Origin: a virus
Lineage: Duplodnaviria; Caudoviricetes
Length of the DNA stretch: 63,006 nucleotides
Virus record (IMG/VR): IMGVR_UViG_3300037840_000064
Span: 1-63,006 of that record
Reading direction: 5' to 3' (one strand)
In this document: one piece after another, positions 19,923-29,519 of the stretch
Layout of the letters: every line of letters starts with the position of its first letter
Numbering within the stretch: position 1 is the stretch's first letter
Translations under genes and position numbers: made by a program
The notes under the pieces: model-generated
Seen by the model: only the letters and a program-made list of their open reading frames with translations
Databases searched by the model: none
Told to the model about the DNA's origin: nothing

Positions 19923-20189
19923 TCAGTCCTTTCCATACCAGCGTTCGCCGCGTGATTTCTTGCTTTTCGCCGACAATGCTAGCCCGAGGCGGCCAGCGGC
20001 GGCGAGTGACTTGTTCTTGCTGTGGCTGTCGCTTTCCATTTGTTCGTGAGTTGAAACGCCGTGTTCCTTGGCGCGGCGCGTCTCTCTGCCGGGATGCTTG
20101 ATCGCTCCCTTGATCCAGTGTTTCTTCGCCACAGCCTTATTCCCCGGCACCATCCGTCTAGCCATGTCGGCGAGCGTTAACGAGGCCAT
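19923..20189 (-). CDS. Small basic protein whose first 16 aa copy the major capsid N-terminus
   Basis: MASLTLADMARRMVPG; WIKGAIKHPG motif; TGATG-coupled start. Confidence 0.7.
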   Translation of the reverse strand: MASLTLADMARRMVPGNKAVAKKHWIKGAIKHPGRETRRAKEHGVSTHEQMESDSHSKNKSLAAAGRLGLALSAKSKKSRGERWYGKD

Positions 20190-20395
20190 CAACCGTACCA
20201 CTTCTTATGGCGGGATTGCACTCTGTCCCCCGTTTTATTTGCGACCGCAATTGCTTCGCTTTCGGGAATTCCCTTTCTAATCAAAGCTTCGGCTTGGTTC
20301 TTCGCTGTGGTCGCGGCTTCGCCTTTCAGTTTCTTGTTGTGCTTCGAGGCGAAGGCTTTGCCGGATTTCCAGGGCATGACTAAAAATTCACCCAT
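20189..20395 (-). CDS. Small basic hypothetical virion protein
   Basis: MPWKSG..GIPESEAIAVANK..KKWYG; start may be the internal MPW. Confidence 0.6.
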   Translation of the reverse strand: MGEFLVMPWKSGKAFASKHNKKLKGEAATTAKNQAEALIRKGIPESEAIAVANKTGDRVQSRHKKWYG

Positions 20396-20425
20396 TCGTC
20401 GCGCTGCGCATATTGGCGAGCATGT

Positions 20426-21265
20426 TCATGGATGATCCGTTGATTGGTTGGCCGTGGTCATATTGTTAAGCGTCCAATTATTGCCCTCGCCAGAACTATC
20501 GGCGCCGAGCGTCGCGGTAGACGTGCCATTGGAGAACGATAGGAAAAAATCGAACGTGCCAGTATAGGTGCCGCTGTACGTCTTGGGAACGCCCGGCGTC
20601 CCGGTGATGAAGCTCGTCGGCGTGAGTTGCTGGCCGTCAATGTAATAGAACATCGCCATCTTCATGTTGGCGAAGTTTGCGGGCACCTGATTGGAGCCGA
20701 TGCGATAGGTTGCGGCAAAATTGTTCGACAGATTTGCGTTTTGTGCCGGGTAGGTTGCCGTGCCGAACGCCGTAATCAGCGTGCCGTCGACATAGATTTG
20801 AACGCGATTAGCTGCCGTAGCCTGCGTCGTGTCAAAGGCTACGTGCAGATTGTGCCATGTCGTTGTGTCGGTGAAAGTCGCGGTGGTTTGCAGATTAACG
20901 ACAGTCGTGCTGGCCGTGCTGCCTAGAACTTGGACGATACCCGCGCCGAGCAAGCGAAGCGTCAATTCATTGGTTGCGGTCCCGTCGCCGGAGTAATAAA
21001 AGACCTGAGTAGCGCCGGTAGCCGTGTTTTTCCACCACAGATTGACCGTGGACTTCTGCTGGTTAATCCCGACCTTGCCGGTAGCGGAGAGACTCTGCGA
21101 CGACGCTGACGTGAAGATCAGAGAATTTGTCGCCGATGAAACAATTCCTGAGGGCAATATACAAAATCCCGCCGAACACCCGTTGAACTGCGCTTTAGAT
21201 GTATTAAGCGCGAGCAGCGAGAGTGCCACCGTCAGCCAAATGACAAGAGCGACGCGCCATGTCAT
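20426..21265 (-). CDS. LamG/concanavalin-like domain protein with signal peptide
   Basis: TVNLWWK..WHNLHVAFDTTQATAANRVQIYVDG..YYIDGQQLTPTSF..DSSGEGNNWT motifs. Confidence 0.8.
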   Translation of the reverse strand: MTWRVALVIWLTVALSLLALNTSKAQFNGCSAGFCILPSGIVSSATNSLIFTSASSQSLSATGKVGINQQKSTVNLWWKNTATGATQVFYYSGDGTATNELTLRLLGAGIVQVLGSTASTTVVNLQTTATFTDTTTWHNLHVAFDTTQATAANRVQIYVDGTLITAFGTATYPAQNANLSNNFAATYRIGSNQVPANFANMKMAMFYYIDGQQLTPTSFITGTPGVPKTYSGTYTGTFDFFLSFSNGTSTATLGADSSGEGNNWTLNNMTTANQSTDHP

Positions 21266-21777
21266 GTAAGGTCATTTCCGATCACATAGAAATCGCACGT
21301 CGCAGCGCCTCCGGTTCCTGTCGTCAATGAAAGGTAAACCGTATTGATGGTCAGCCGGGTAGTTGCAATATTCGCGGCTAGCGTTAGTCCCAAAACAACT
21401 GCTGCACCTGTCAGCGCCGTGTAGGCTTGAGCAGCCGCAACGAGTGCCGTGCCGCCTTTGCTGGTCGCAGGATAAACGCCGCCCGCAGCCAAGGTGAAGG
21501 TGCCAGAACAATTCGTTACGACGATGGATGTTGGCACCCACGCCGTGATCGAGGCCGGGATGATGCAGGATTGATCCGTCGTGATGTTGAAATTCGCCGC
21601 GCGGATCGAGCAGAGAACGCGATTGACCCCGATATGAAGATTCGTGACTTGGCACGACGTATTGAGGTCGCCAGTGCAAGGCGAAACCGAACCGCCGCCG
21701 CCGAACTGAGCATTGCTCGGAGAAATCAGCGACGATGAAAGAAGGAGCGCAGCGAGCGTCCTTTTTATGCGGCCCAT
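21262..21777 (-). CDS. Signal-peptide, Cys-paired beta protein (putative head decoration/fibre)
   Basis: MGRIKRTLAALLLSSSLISPSNA|Q; six Cys; located in the virion operon. Confidence 0.65.
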   Translation of the reverse strand: MGRIKRTLAALLLSSSLISPSNAQFGGGGSVSPCTGDLNTSCQVTNLHIGVNRVLCSIRAANFNITTDQSCIIPASITAWVPTSIVVTNCSGTFTLAAGGVYPATSKGGTALVAAAQAYTALTGAAVVLGLTLAANIATTRLTINTVYLSLTTGTGGAATCDFYVIGNDLT

Positions 21778-21779
21778 GA

Positions 21780-22595
21780 CTACCACCACGTGCACGTAAA
21801 CTTGTGGCTAGTCGTTGCCGCGATCACGGACAGTGCGTGATTGAGGCCGAAGCCCGGTGGCGCCGTGAACGAGCCGAAGCCAGCAAACGTCGTCGCCGTT
21901 GCGGCCGGCAGTGGATAGCTGCCCGCGCCGGATGCTGCCGCCGTTGTGGTGAATGAAATCCATAGCGGCTCGGTCGCGTCGATGTTGGCGATGGTGAATC
22001 CGTGCAACGTCGTCTGCGCCGTGAAGGCGTTCTGCGCGCCGCCGCCGGACGTTATCGTACCGGAGCAATCGGTCGCGGTGACATTCGAGGGGCCGGCATT
22101 TTGCACTATGCCGTTCGTCGTTCCCGGCGTCGTTTGGTCTATACCTACCTTGCCGATGATCGCCGATCCAGCAACAACACCGACCGTTGCGCCAGTCTGT
22201 TGCGCTGGTGCCGCGCCTTGTGCCGCGAGAATAGCCGCGAGCGTCGTCTGTGTTGCGGCGCCGGTCGGAAGCACGCTCGCCTTGACGTTCACCCATTGGC
22301 CGTTTGTCGTATCGCCGAGCAGCGGCTGAAAATTTCCCGATCCGTCCTTGAAACCGACCGGCGTGCCGTTGGCGCCGATTGGGCCAGCGAACGCGACCGA
22401 AAGACCACCGCCGCCCCCACCGCCAGTTTGGCAAAGGTTGCCGTTCACATCGATGGTGAAAGGTCCAGGATTTCCCGCCTTAAACGCCGTTACGACCGTT
22501 CCGCACGTCGCAACCACAAGCCCGGTTGTATTTTGCGCCCACCCTGGTACTCCCGCGAGCAACAACCACGCAAGAGCAAAGATCAATCTGCGCAT
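21780..22595 (-). CDS. Signal-peptide putative head fibre/decoration protein
   Basis: MRRLIFALAWLLLAGVPGWA|Q; AGSAIIGKVGIDQTTPGTTN fibre-like motif. Confidence 0.65.
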   Translation of the reverse strand: MRRLIFALAWLLLAGVPGWAQNTTGLVVATCGTVVTAFKAGNPGPFTIDVNGNLCQTGGGGGGGLSVAFAGPIGANGTPVGFKDGSGNFQPLLGDTTNGQWVNVKASVLPTGAATQTTLAAILAAQGAAPAQQTGATVGVVAGSAIIGKVGIDQTTPGTTNGIVQNAGPSNVTATDCSGTITSGGGAQNAFTAQTTLHGFTIANIDATEPLWISFTTTAAASGAGSYPLPAATATTFAGFGSFTAPPGFGLNHALSVIAATTSHKFTCTWW

Positions 22596-22624
22596 GGCGC
22601 CATCGCTCCAATGCTTGTCCCAGA

Positions 22625-23908
22625 TCAGAACCGCGCACTGACTTTTATACGGCCCGTGGTCGAAGAACCATTGAGAAAGGCCGCCCCGCCTGCGGTGGCC
22701 GTCACGGTATCGCCGATGGTTACGATACTCGGCGTGCTCGCGCTGTTACAGGTCAGCGTCCCTACCGCCGTATTGGTCCCTGCAAGGTTCCATTTCAGGC
22801 CGCCTGCGGTAAATGCACAGGTCGGCACGGCGCGCATGGTCACCGGCAAATGAAGAACACCCACTTCTACGTTGGTGGCAGAGACCATCCCCGCAGCCAG
22901 GTAGGCCCCGTTGGTTTCGGGAATGAGATAGTAGTAAGCCTCTTGCAGCGCCATTTCTTGGGACGCGGGACGCCGCGCAAACGACCTTGCATTTCCTGCG
23001 TTCGCCGCGAGCAACGCTCCGCTCGTTCCGGCAGCGGTCGTTAGCGACGGGTTGCGGACCAGTTGCGCGCCGGTAAACTCGAACCAGTCGGTCGCACCGC
23101 CATTCCCAACAGGGGTATAGCAGATCACGACTGCAAGCTCGGTCGCCGTTGCCGGGATCGGCGCAACAACGGTATAGCGCGTCCACGTCGTCGTGATCGG
23201 GACCGCTATATTGCTTGCCGCATTGGCTTGGCCGGCCCAGGTCGAAGAACCACCACCACCGCCGTTGAAGGCGAATGCGAGCTTGGAAATGCCTTCGTCA
23301 GTCCCGGTACCATAGACGATGGAGACATTCAGGGCAGAACCAGCAGCGGAGAATCCCGCGCCGGCCTTCACATGAAAGTCAAACTCGGCAGTCTGCGACT
23401 GAAATTTCGTGCTATCGGCGCTCGATATCTCCTGTAGGACACAGGCCGGAATCGTCCCGCCGGTCCCGGACGCTTTGTTGATTCGCAGTGAGGCTGCGTA
23501 GGAAACCGGAATATCAGCCGCGCCAGTCTGCTGGGTTCCCGTGATAACCGTCGTCGAGCCGCCCCATGCCGCCCATTGATCGGCGACATAGGTAATTGTG
23601 GTGGAGACCGAACCCACCGACGTTCCGTCCTGGAACAGATTCGTTCCAAAATCCCCGCCGATCAAAGCATTCTCGGCATTGCCGCCGGCAATCGACTGGC
23701 CGTAGGCACTCAGCGTCGCGCTTGTTGCAAAGCACGACACCGTGCAGGGGTAATTCAAGGAGACTTGCTCAGTGCCATTGAGCGTAAAAAGCTGCTGCAT
23801 CCCCTGGCCGATGGCGCGTTGCACCGGCCCGACAGTTCCGAGCGCCGCCAGAACAATCCCGGTAAGCGCGCAGAGCACCACAACACGCAGGCGAGAGAAG
23901 ATTTTCAT
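22625..23908 (-). CDS. Signal-peptide putative carbohydrate-binding head fibre protein
   Basis: Hydrophobic leader; NALIGGDF..YVADQW..TTTWTRYT..GAQL..PVTMRAVPT fibre/CBM-like pattern. Confidence 0.7.
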   Translation of the reverse strand: MKIFSRLRVVVLCALTGIVLAALGTVGPVQRAIGQGMQQLFTLNGTEQVSLNYPCTVSCFATSATLSAYGQSIAGGNAENALIGGDFGTNLFQDGTSVGSVSTTITYVADQWAAWGGSTTVITGTQQTGAADIPVSYAASLRINKASGTGGTIPACVLQEISSADSTKFQSQTAEFDFHVKAGAGFSAAGSALNVSIVYGTGTDEGISKLAFAFNGGGGGSSTWAGQANAASNIAVPITTTWTRYTVVAPIPATATELAVVICYTPVGNGGATDWFEFTGAQLVRNPSLTTAAGTSGALLAANAGNARSFARRPASQEMALQEAYYYLIPETNGAYLAAGMVSATNVEVGVLHLPVTMRAVPTCAFTAGGLKWNLAGTNTAVGTLTCNSASTPSIVTIGDTVTATAGGAAFLNGSSTTGRIKVSARF

Positions 23909-23950
23909 CGTGCTATCGCCGTTTGCTGCGGCGCTCCTGTCAGAATGCGA

Positions 23951-24634
23951 TTAGGTTGTGGTCTGTGCCGGCGCGGCAGGCACGGTATTCGGCATTGGCG
24001 GCCGGCGCTGCTGGCGTTGCGCGCGAGCGTCCATGGTTGCGCGAGCCTGCGGCTGGTGCATTGCGGGAGCGCGGCCCGGATCGGGAGCGATAGGCCCGAC
24101 CGAAGCAAACGGCATCGGCGGTGTATTCGGCGCCATCGGCCGGAAGCCGGGAGTCACGGCGGCGGGACGGCCACGCTTTTCGTCCGCCATCTTCGCGGCG
24201 AGCCGAAGCACATGCGGCCACCACTGATCCATCGGGAATTCCGGGTCGCCCTCGCGCGGGCGCAACTGGAACGCCGCTTCGGTGATGAGTTCTTGCGGGA
24301 TGTTCTTGCCGTCCAGCGGAAGCGAATTCACCCAGTTCTCGAATCGTTCACCCGCCGCGCGGTTGAGCGGCAACCACGCATGAGACGGGATAGCGTCGCT
24401 GGTGAAGATTTCGCCGACTTCAAGGAGCGTAGGCCCGGCTTGGCCGGTCTCGGCGGAAGCGAGGATCAATTGCACTTGGGCCAGTGCTTCGTAAGTCGGC
24501 GCCGTCACGCGGCGTCCGTCATCGGACACAAAGGCTTCGGGAAGCTGTTCGGTCATCGGTAACTCCAATTTTGAAAAGTCGAACAAGGTTTGCGCCGTGC
24601 CCTGAAACTTTTTTGCGGGCGGTCTCATGGACAC
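23951..24634 (-). CDS. Hypothetical protein of the head module
   Basis: 227-aa ORF in operon orientation. Confidence 0.6.
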   Translation of the reverse strand: MSMRPPAKKFQGTAQTLFDFSKLELPMTEQLPEAFVSDDGRRVTAPTYEALAQVQLILASAETGQAGPTLLEVGEIFTSDAIPSHAWLPLNRAAGERFENWVNSLPLDGKNIPQELITEAAFQLRPREGDPEFPMDQWWPHVLRLAAKMADEKRGRPAAVTPGFRPMAPNTPPMPFASVGPIAPDPGRAPAMHQPQARATMDARAQRQQRRPPMPNTVPAAPAQTTT

Positions 24635-24664
24635 GGCGCGTCACAGCACGGGGAGGCCGCGCTG

Positions 24665-25225
24665 TTAGGAGGCGACTTTGTAGTTCGAGCCGTAGAACGC
24701 CAAGGTGCTCTGCGCGTCGTCGTCGCCCAGCGTCACGTCCGAAGTCACGGTTCCGGTCGTGGCATTCGAGCCCGCGACCGCATAGTTCAACTGCACGAAT
24801 CGCGGCAATGCCTGGCCGGTCTTGCGCATCGGCCAATCGAAGGATGCGATTCGGGTATTCGCCGTGAGCAGCGCCGCGGCGATGGTGTCGGTCTGGATGT
24901 AAGTGACGAACGTCAAATCCGACCGCAGGCCGGAGACGTGAGAGGTCGCATTTTCCGGCGCACCCTGGAACTGAATCTGCAACGACGTGAGTGTTGCAAA
25001 CGCGGTCCCGACATTGACCACGACGCGGGGCGTGCCTTCGCCCTTGCCGATGCCCAAATCCTCGCCGAAGTAGGTCTCGTTGACCGAGAAGATCGCCGAA
25101 GGCGACGGCGTGTAGGTCGTCGTCAGGCTTTGCCCGGTCAACTGATCGTAGAAGTTGGTCGATTGCGCCGACGCCGTGATGGCCTGCGCGGAAGAAAACT
25201 GTAGTGCCAGATCGAGCATACCCAT
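24665..25225 (-). CDS. Capsid cement protein (BPP-1 Bbp16-like)
   Basis: MLDLALQFSSAQAITASAQSTN..DLGIG..RFVQLNYAVAG..TTGTVT pattern; directly after the capsid gene. Confidence 0.8.
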   Translation of the reverse strand: MGMLDLALQFSSAQAITASAQSTNFYDQLTGQSLTTTYTPSPSAIFSVNETYFGEDLGIGKGEGTPRVVVNVGTAFATLTSLQIQFQGAPENATSHVSGLRSDLTFVTYIQTDTIAAALLTANTRIASFDWPMRKTGQALPRFVQLNYAVAGSNATTGTVTSDVTLGDDDAQSTLAFYGSNYKVAS

Positions 25226-25256
25226 CGGGCGCTCTCCTTTCGGTTCTGAGTTGCGC

Positions 25257-26291
25257 TTAGACCACGCGGCTTTCGGTATCGAGAATCTGATCGACCACGC
25301 CGATTGCGATGTTGCGGAAGTTCACAATCGGGCGGCCGGCGTAATCTTCCGGACGCAACAATACATTTTTATCTCTGATGGCCTGGATGTCCATGTACTC
25401 CCGCGAGGTACGATCGCAGTAGAATTTCAGGCGGATCGAGGGAGCGACGCGATCCGGCGCGTCCGTCTTGACGATGCCGGAGACCATGCGGCCGGCGGTC
25501 GGAAGCCGGACAACCGACTTCGACATGATCGCGAAGATGTCCGGGGGAGTCGGGCCGGCGAGCCCTGCGGTCGTGGTGTCGAAGTTCGCCATGCGGATGA
25601 CGTAGCGCCAGTCCTCGATGGCGAGACCGCCGTTGCGCGAGAAGTAGGACGTATAGGCTTCGTAGCGCGCCGTGCCGTTCGACGTGAGGGCCGGAACCAA
25701 GTCGCCCTTGTTCTCGAAGATCAATCCGGCTTTCGTGCCATCCGGATAAATCTCGTAACAGGTCTGGTCGCCCCAGCCGATGAGCCAGATCGACGTATTC
25801 GACGATCCGGTGCCGCCGGCATCGAACACATTGACGCCGTTCGGGGTATTGGCGATTGCGGAGAAATACGTCGAGAAACCGGAGAACTGTTCCGGCGTCG
25901 TCCAGGCATTGCCGTAAACGAGGAAACCGGTCCACTGCTGGGACATGCCCTCCATATGGGCCACGTCCTCTTTCTCGCGGTTGGCGTTGGTATTGCCGCC
26001 AAGATCGGCGAGGCGCTTGTCGATCTGCGAGTAGGCGTCCAGCATTGCCATGCCGAACGTGATCTGCGCGGCACTCGACTTGGTGTAGCCGACGCCTTGG
26101 TTGAAGCGGCGCAGCGTGCCCTTGGGCAGCGCAGTGCGCAGCGTGACAACGTGGCCGGTTGTGAGGTTACCCTTGACCAGCGGGGCATCCTCGTCGATCT
26201 CGTTGCATTGAGACATCAATTCGGCCATGTCGGCGATCTTGCCGCCAGGGTCCATGCGACGGCCGACATCGGCCAGGGTCAAGGAAGCCAT
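25257..26291 (-). CDS. Major capsid protein (BPP-1 Bbp17 / epsilon15 gp7-like)
   Basis: LTLAD..AELMSQCNEI..RTALP..RRFNQG..NTSIWLIGWG..GLAIEDWRYVIRMAN..DQILDTE motifs. Confidence 0.92.
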   Translation of the reverse strand: MASLTLADVGRRMDPGGKIADMAELMSQCNEIDEDAPLVKGNLTTGHVVTLRTALPKGTLRRFNQGVGYTKSSAAQITFGMAMLDAYSQIDKRLADLGGNTNANREKEDVAHMEGMSQQWTGFLVYGNAWTTPEQFSGFSTYFSAIANTPNGVNVFDAGGTGSSNTSIWLIGWGDQTCYEIYPDGTKAGLIFENKGDLVPALTSNGTARYEAYTSYFSRNGGLAIEDWRYVIRMANFDTTTAGLAGPTPPDIFAIMSKSVVRLPTAGRMVSGIVKTDAPDRVAPSIRLKFYCDRTSREYMDIQAIRDKNVLLRPEDYAGRPIVNFRNIAIGVVDQILDTESRVV

Positions 26292-26322
26292 GGATTAGAA
26301 GCCTTTCAAACTTGGCCGTCTG

Positions 26323-27255
26323 CTACGTCGTCTTGACCGAATCGTACCAGCCGCGTTGGCCGGGTTCCTTCGAGGTCGTTGCGTGCAGAGGCAGGGTTCC
26401 GGGAACGGGTTCAGGCTCGCGCAAAAGCTCATAGATTCCATTGAGCGCCTTAATCATCAAACGATGGTGAGAAACCCCACCCGCGTCCATGACGGCAATC
26501 AAAGTGGTGGCTTCGTCTTTCGACAATCCCACCATGGTTTCCAGAGCGTACTTAGCGTTACCCAGCGTGGTTTCGATGCGGTTGCCGCCTAGCTGTGGGT
26601 CTGCTTTGAGTTCGTTGACCCGCTGCTCGACAAGTCTATTCCACACGTCATGCTGGTGCTTTGCGACCTGTTGTCCGATGCGATTGACTTCCTCGACATA
26701 GAGATTGGCCAAATCCTGCCGCATGGCACTCATGGCGGCGTGATCGGCCTTGCTGGACAGTTCGGCTTTGCCGATAAGCTCGTCGAATTTAGCGACGCGC
26801 TCCTTGTCCAACTTCACTGTGTCGGGGATTTTCAACGCTTCGTAAACAGGAGGGGCCTGCGGCGTTGCTTCCGGGGCTTCCTTGGTATCCGCCGGCTTCG
26901 TCTCAGGCTTGACTTCCCCTTCGGGCTTGGTCTCGGCCTTCGCTTCTACGGGCGGCTTGGTCTCCCCACTTTCCGTGGGGGACTTCGTTGCATCGGGCTT
27001 AGTCTCCGACGCTGAATCTGGTTTGGCTTCGGGTTTGGTCTCGACTTTGGTCTCTGCCGGCTTCGCCTCTGTGGCGGCGGCATCGTGGCCGTTGGCCTTC
27101 GGATCGGGCTTCACTTCGGCAGCAGGCGCCGCGCCTTCGTGCTTTGCCGAATCGGCGGTCGCCAAAGGCGACGCGGGCAAAGTCGGCGAATCGACAGCTT
27201 TCGTCTCCGCAGGAACAGCGGCAGCCGGATCGGGTTTTACTTCGCTATCAGCCAT
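26323..27255 (-). CDS. Capsid scaffolding protein
   Basis: Low-complexity ETKP-rich N-terminus and helical C-terminus; immediately upstream of the capsid gene. Confidence 0.8.
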   Translation of the reverse strand: MADSEVKPDPAAAVPAETKAVDSPTLPASPLATADSAKHEGAAPAAEVKPDPKANGHDAAATEAKPAETKVETKPEAKPDSASETKPDATKSPTESGETKPPVEAKAETKPEGEVKPETKPADTKEAPEATPQAPPVYEALKIPDTVKLDKERVAKFDELIGKAELSSKADHAAMSAMRQDLANLYVEEVNRIGQQVAKHQHDVWNRLVEQRVNELKADPQLGGNRIETTLGNAKYALETMVGLSKDEATTLIAVMDAGGVSHHRLMIKALNGIYELLREPEPVPGTLPLHATTSKEPGQRGWYDSVKTT

Positions 27256-27637
27256 TATCGCTGTCTTGCTTGTCGTTCTGCTTTAGCAGTTGCGCGTTGT
27301 GCGATTGACGGTCGATTTCCTGTTCCTTGAGCATCAGCATATAGAGTTCTGCGTGCCTGCGAAGCCTTTCGTCCCACCATGCACCGATATTTCTTTCGCC
27401 AAGGTCCAGATAGGTCCGGTGGGTGTCGGAGTGGCCGCTCTCATCCACGGCAACAAAGGTCCGGCCCAGGTGACAAGTCTCGTAAACGTGACGGTACAGA
27501 AGATCGCGGCCCTTTGGATGATTCATCCATACCCGGATCGTTTCGTCGTCGTCGTGGTCGCGGCGAGCGGCGTCGCTGGCCGCGGCGTCGATTGCGGCGG
27601 GGTCGGTTGAGTCGTAGATGCCTTGGGGACCGGGCAT
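27248..27637 (-). CDS. Bbp19-like protein
   Basis: WMNHPKGRDLLY..TYLDLGERNIG pattern; upstream of the scaffold gene. Confidence 0.65.
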   Translation of the reverse strand: MPGPQGIYDSTDPAAIDAAASDAARRDHDDDETIRVWMNHPKGRDLLYRHVYETCHLGRTFVAVDESGHSDTHRTYLDLGERNIGAWWDERLRRHAELYMLMLKEQEIDRQSHNAQLLKQNDKQDSDNG

Positions 27638-27889
27638 TTATGCGGCGATATTAAGCGGTTTGCCGTTTTCGTCCTTTTGCCACGCGCGATAGAGCATCGT
27701 AGCATCGAGGATGATTATCTCGTCGTATTCTGCCGCATAGGAGAATGCCGTTTTCTTGGCTTGTTCAAATTGATTGAGGCCGAAGCCGGTCAAGTAAGTT
27801 ATTTTATCGCCCTTGCGCGCGAGTAGCCAAAGAGCAACTGATCCCGGCTGCTGCACTCCTGGCATTGGCTCATCCGTTACAACGGTCAT
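27638..27889 (-). CDS. Hypothetical protein
   Basis: 83-aa ORF with AGAGGA RBS. Confidence 0.55.
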   Translation of the reverse strand: MTVVTDEPMPGVQQPGSVALWLLARKGDKITYLTGFGLNQFEQAKKTAFSYAAEYDEIIILDATMLYRAWQKDENGKPLNIAA

Positions 27890-27901
27890 TTTTTCCTCTT
27901 G

Positions 27902-28339
27902 TCAGTTGATTTCCGCCAAGTTCGTCATCACCTTGCCGCGACCGTTCTTGAATTCCGCCCATTCGACAAAGCCACGGATCATCGTCTTATCATTGGCAAA
28001 ACCCGTCAGTTCCAGCCACTTCTTGAATCCCGGCGCGGAGATTTCGAGGGCATCGACGATTTCGGCGGTCAGCGCGAGTTTCACGTCGAGTTCGGCGCCG
28101 AAGAACTTGATCGATTCGTCTGCGCCGCCGCGCGAAGGACCATTATGGAGCGCATTGCGGATATGGAAGCGCGCCGCAGCGTTGGCTTGCCGTGCCGCCG
28201 CTTCGGTCAGTATCTTGCGAAATTTCTCATCCACATCCTTGCGGATGTGGCTTTGGCCGCCTTTGACGAACGCGGAGATATTCTGCCCGATAGGAAGATT
28301 CGTCATGGCTTTCTTCGGTTGCATTAGCATCCCCGGCAA
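27902..28339 (-). CDS. Hypothetical protein, C-terminal half resembles a scaffold helical domain
   Basis: FKKWLELTGFANDKTMIRGF versus scaffold LIAVMDAGGVSHHRLMIKAL. Confidence 0.55.
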   Translation of the reverse strand: MPGMLMQPKKAMTNLPIGQNISAFVKGGQSHIRKDVDEKFRKILTEAAARQANAAARFHIRNALHNGPSRGGADESIKFFGAELDVKLALTAEIVDALEISAPGFKKWLELTGFANDKTMIRGFVEWAEFKNGRGKVMTNLAEIN

Positions 28340-28387
28340 ATTGACGGAGTTTCCCGCAGATCGGGAGGGATCGGCGCTATCTGGCTT

Positions 28388-28582
28388 TCACCGAAAGGGA
28401 CTACCTGCACCGCCTTGCAGGATGAAGCCGAAATCGTGCCAGCCCAAAAGAAAGAGTAACACGAACAGCAAGAGAAGATTGCCACCCCAGCCGTAGCTCC
28501 AAGTCGATCCGCGCTGCCACCAGATGCCGCCGAAGATCAACCAGAGAATCATCAACATCCAGAACAAAAGACCGATAGGCAT
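28388..28582 (-). CDS. Small two-TM membrane protein
   Basis: Two strongly hydrophobic segments; AGGAGG RBS. Confidence 0.7.
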   Translation of the reverse strand: MPIGLLFWMLMILWLIFGGIWWQRGSTWSYGWGGNLLLLFVLLFLLGWHDFGFILQGGAGSPFR

Positions 28583-28594
28583 CGTAGCCTCCTT

Positions 28595-29140
28595 TTAGTT
28601 CCTCGCAAACCCCGGCGGCAGAATCAAAGGCGTCCCCTTTCTACTCTGCACCACGCGCCCAAGCAATAATCCCCGGAACGTCTTTTCCTGCCGCTCAAGC
28701 CGCTGCGCCATCATTGACCACATATAATCGCCACGGAAGCACGTCGCCAGTTGGCGCATTCCGCCGGTCGTTTGTTTGATGCCGTCAAGAAACTTTTCCC
28801 GAGCAGCACGCCACGATAGCGGCTCGCCCCGCACAGCCTCAGTCTCTTGTTGCTTCATGACCAGATCGACGCCGCCCAGAGCCACGGCATCGCGGCGTAT
28901 CTTATCGAGCATCTGCGCAATCTCGTTCCACACCGAAGCAGTCAGAGGTTCCCGCTTCGCAAGGTGCACGCAAGCGTCGCTCGCCATCTTCAAGCCTTCA
29001 ACCACGCGCTCATACGATTCTTTCTCGATCATGGCCGTGCCAGACGGATGCGGAATCGGATCGCCGTCGCGCCCGCGAACAACGAGGTTGTTCGGGTTCT
29101 GCGGATCGTCGGCTTCGTAGGTTTTGACTTCTTCGGTCAT
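28595..29140 (-). CDS. Hypothetical protein with an internal helical duplication
   Basis: ESYERVVEGLKMAS and AAREKFLDGIKQTT halves. Confidence 0.65.
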   Translation of the reverse strand: MTEEVKTYEADDPQNPNNLVVRGRDGDPIPHPSGTAMIEKESYERVVEGLKMASDACVHLAKREPLTASVWNEIAQMLDKIRRDAVALGGVDLVMKQQETEAVRGEPLSWRAAREKFLDGIKQTTGGMRQLATCFRGDYMWSMMAQRLERQEKTFRGLLLGRVVQSRKGTPLILPPGFARN

Positions 29141-29519
29141 TGTTCTTCGGCAGCCGCTTTTCGTAATTCTTGCGTGAACTTCTTTAGACCGCGCCGCAAA
29201 TCCTCCAACACTTGATCGCGATATTCAACGCTCCCATCTTTCCTTTTGATTTCGTAGCAAGGAAAGAATACACCATTGCAATCAGGAGCGGTTATCAGTT
29301 TCATCGCAAACCCCTACTGCAACTGATTCTGCGGCCCAAACATTTCCAGAAACTCGTGTTGCGTCAGCATGACGCGCTCAAGGTTCGGATTGCCCGTTCC
29401 GATCATCTTGCCACTGATGACGACGAAATGCCGATGCGGATGCCTATCCTCTTTTGGACAGGTCATAAGCATGGCAACCGTGCGATCAAGCAATAGCGCC
29501 GTGATTGCACTGATCTGGT

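Noticed and set aside
26880-27130. ETKP-type repeats in the scaffold gene
   Set aside because: Ordinary low-complexity scaffold N-terminus, not a DNA-level element
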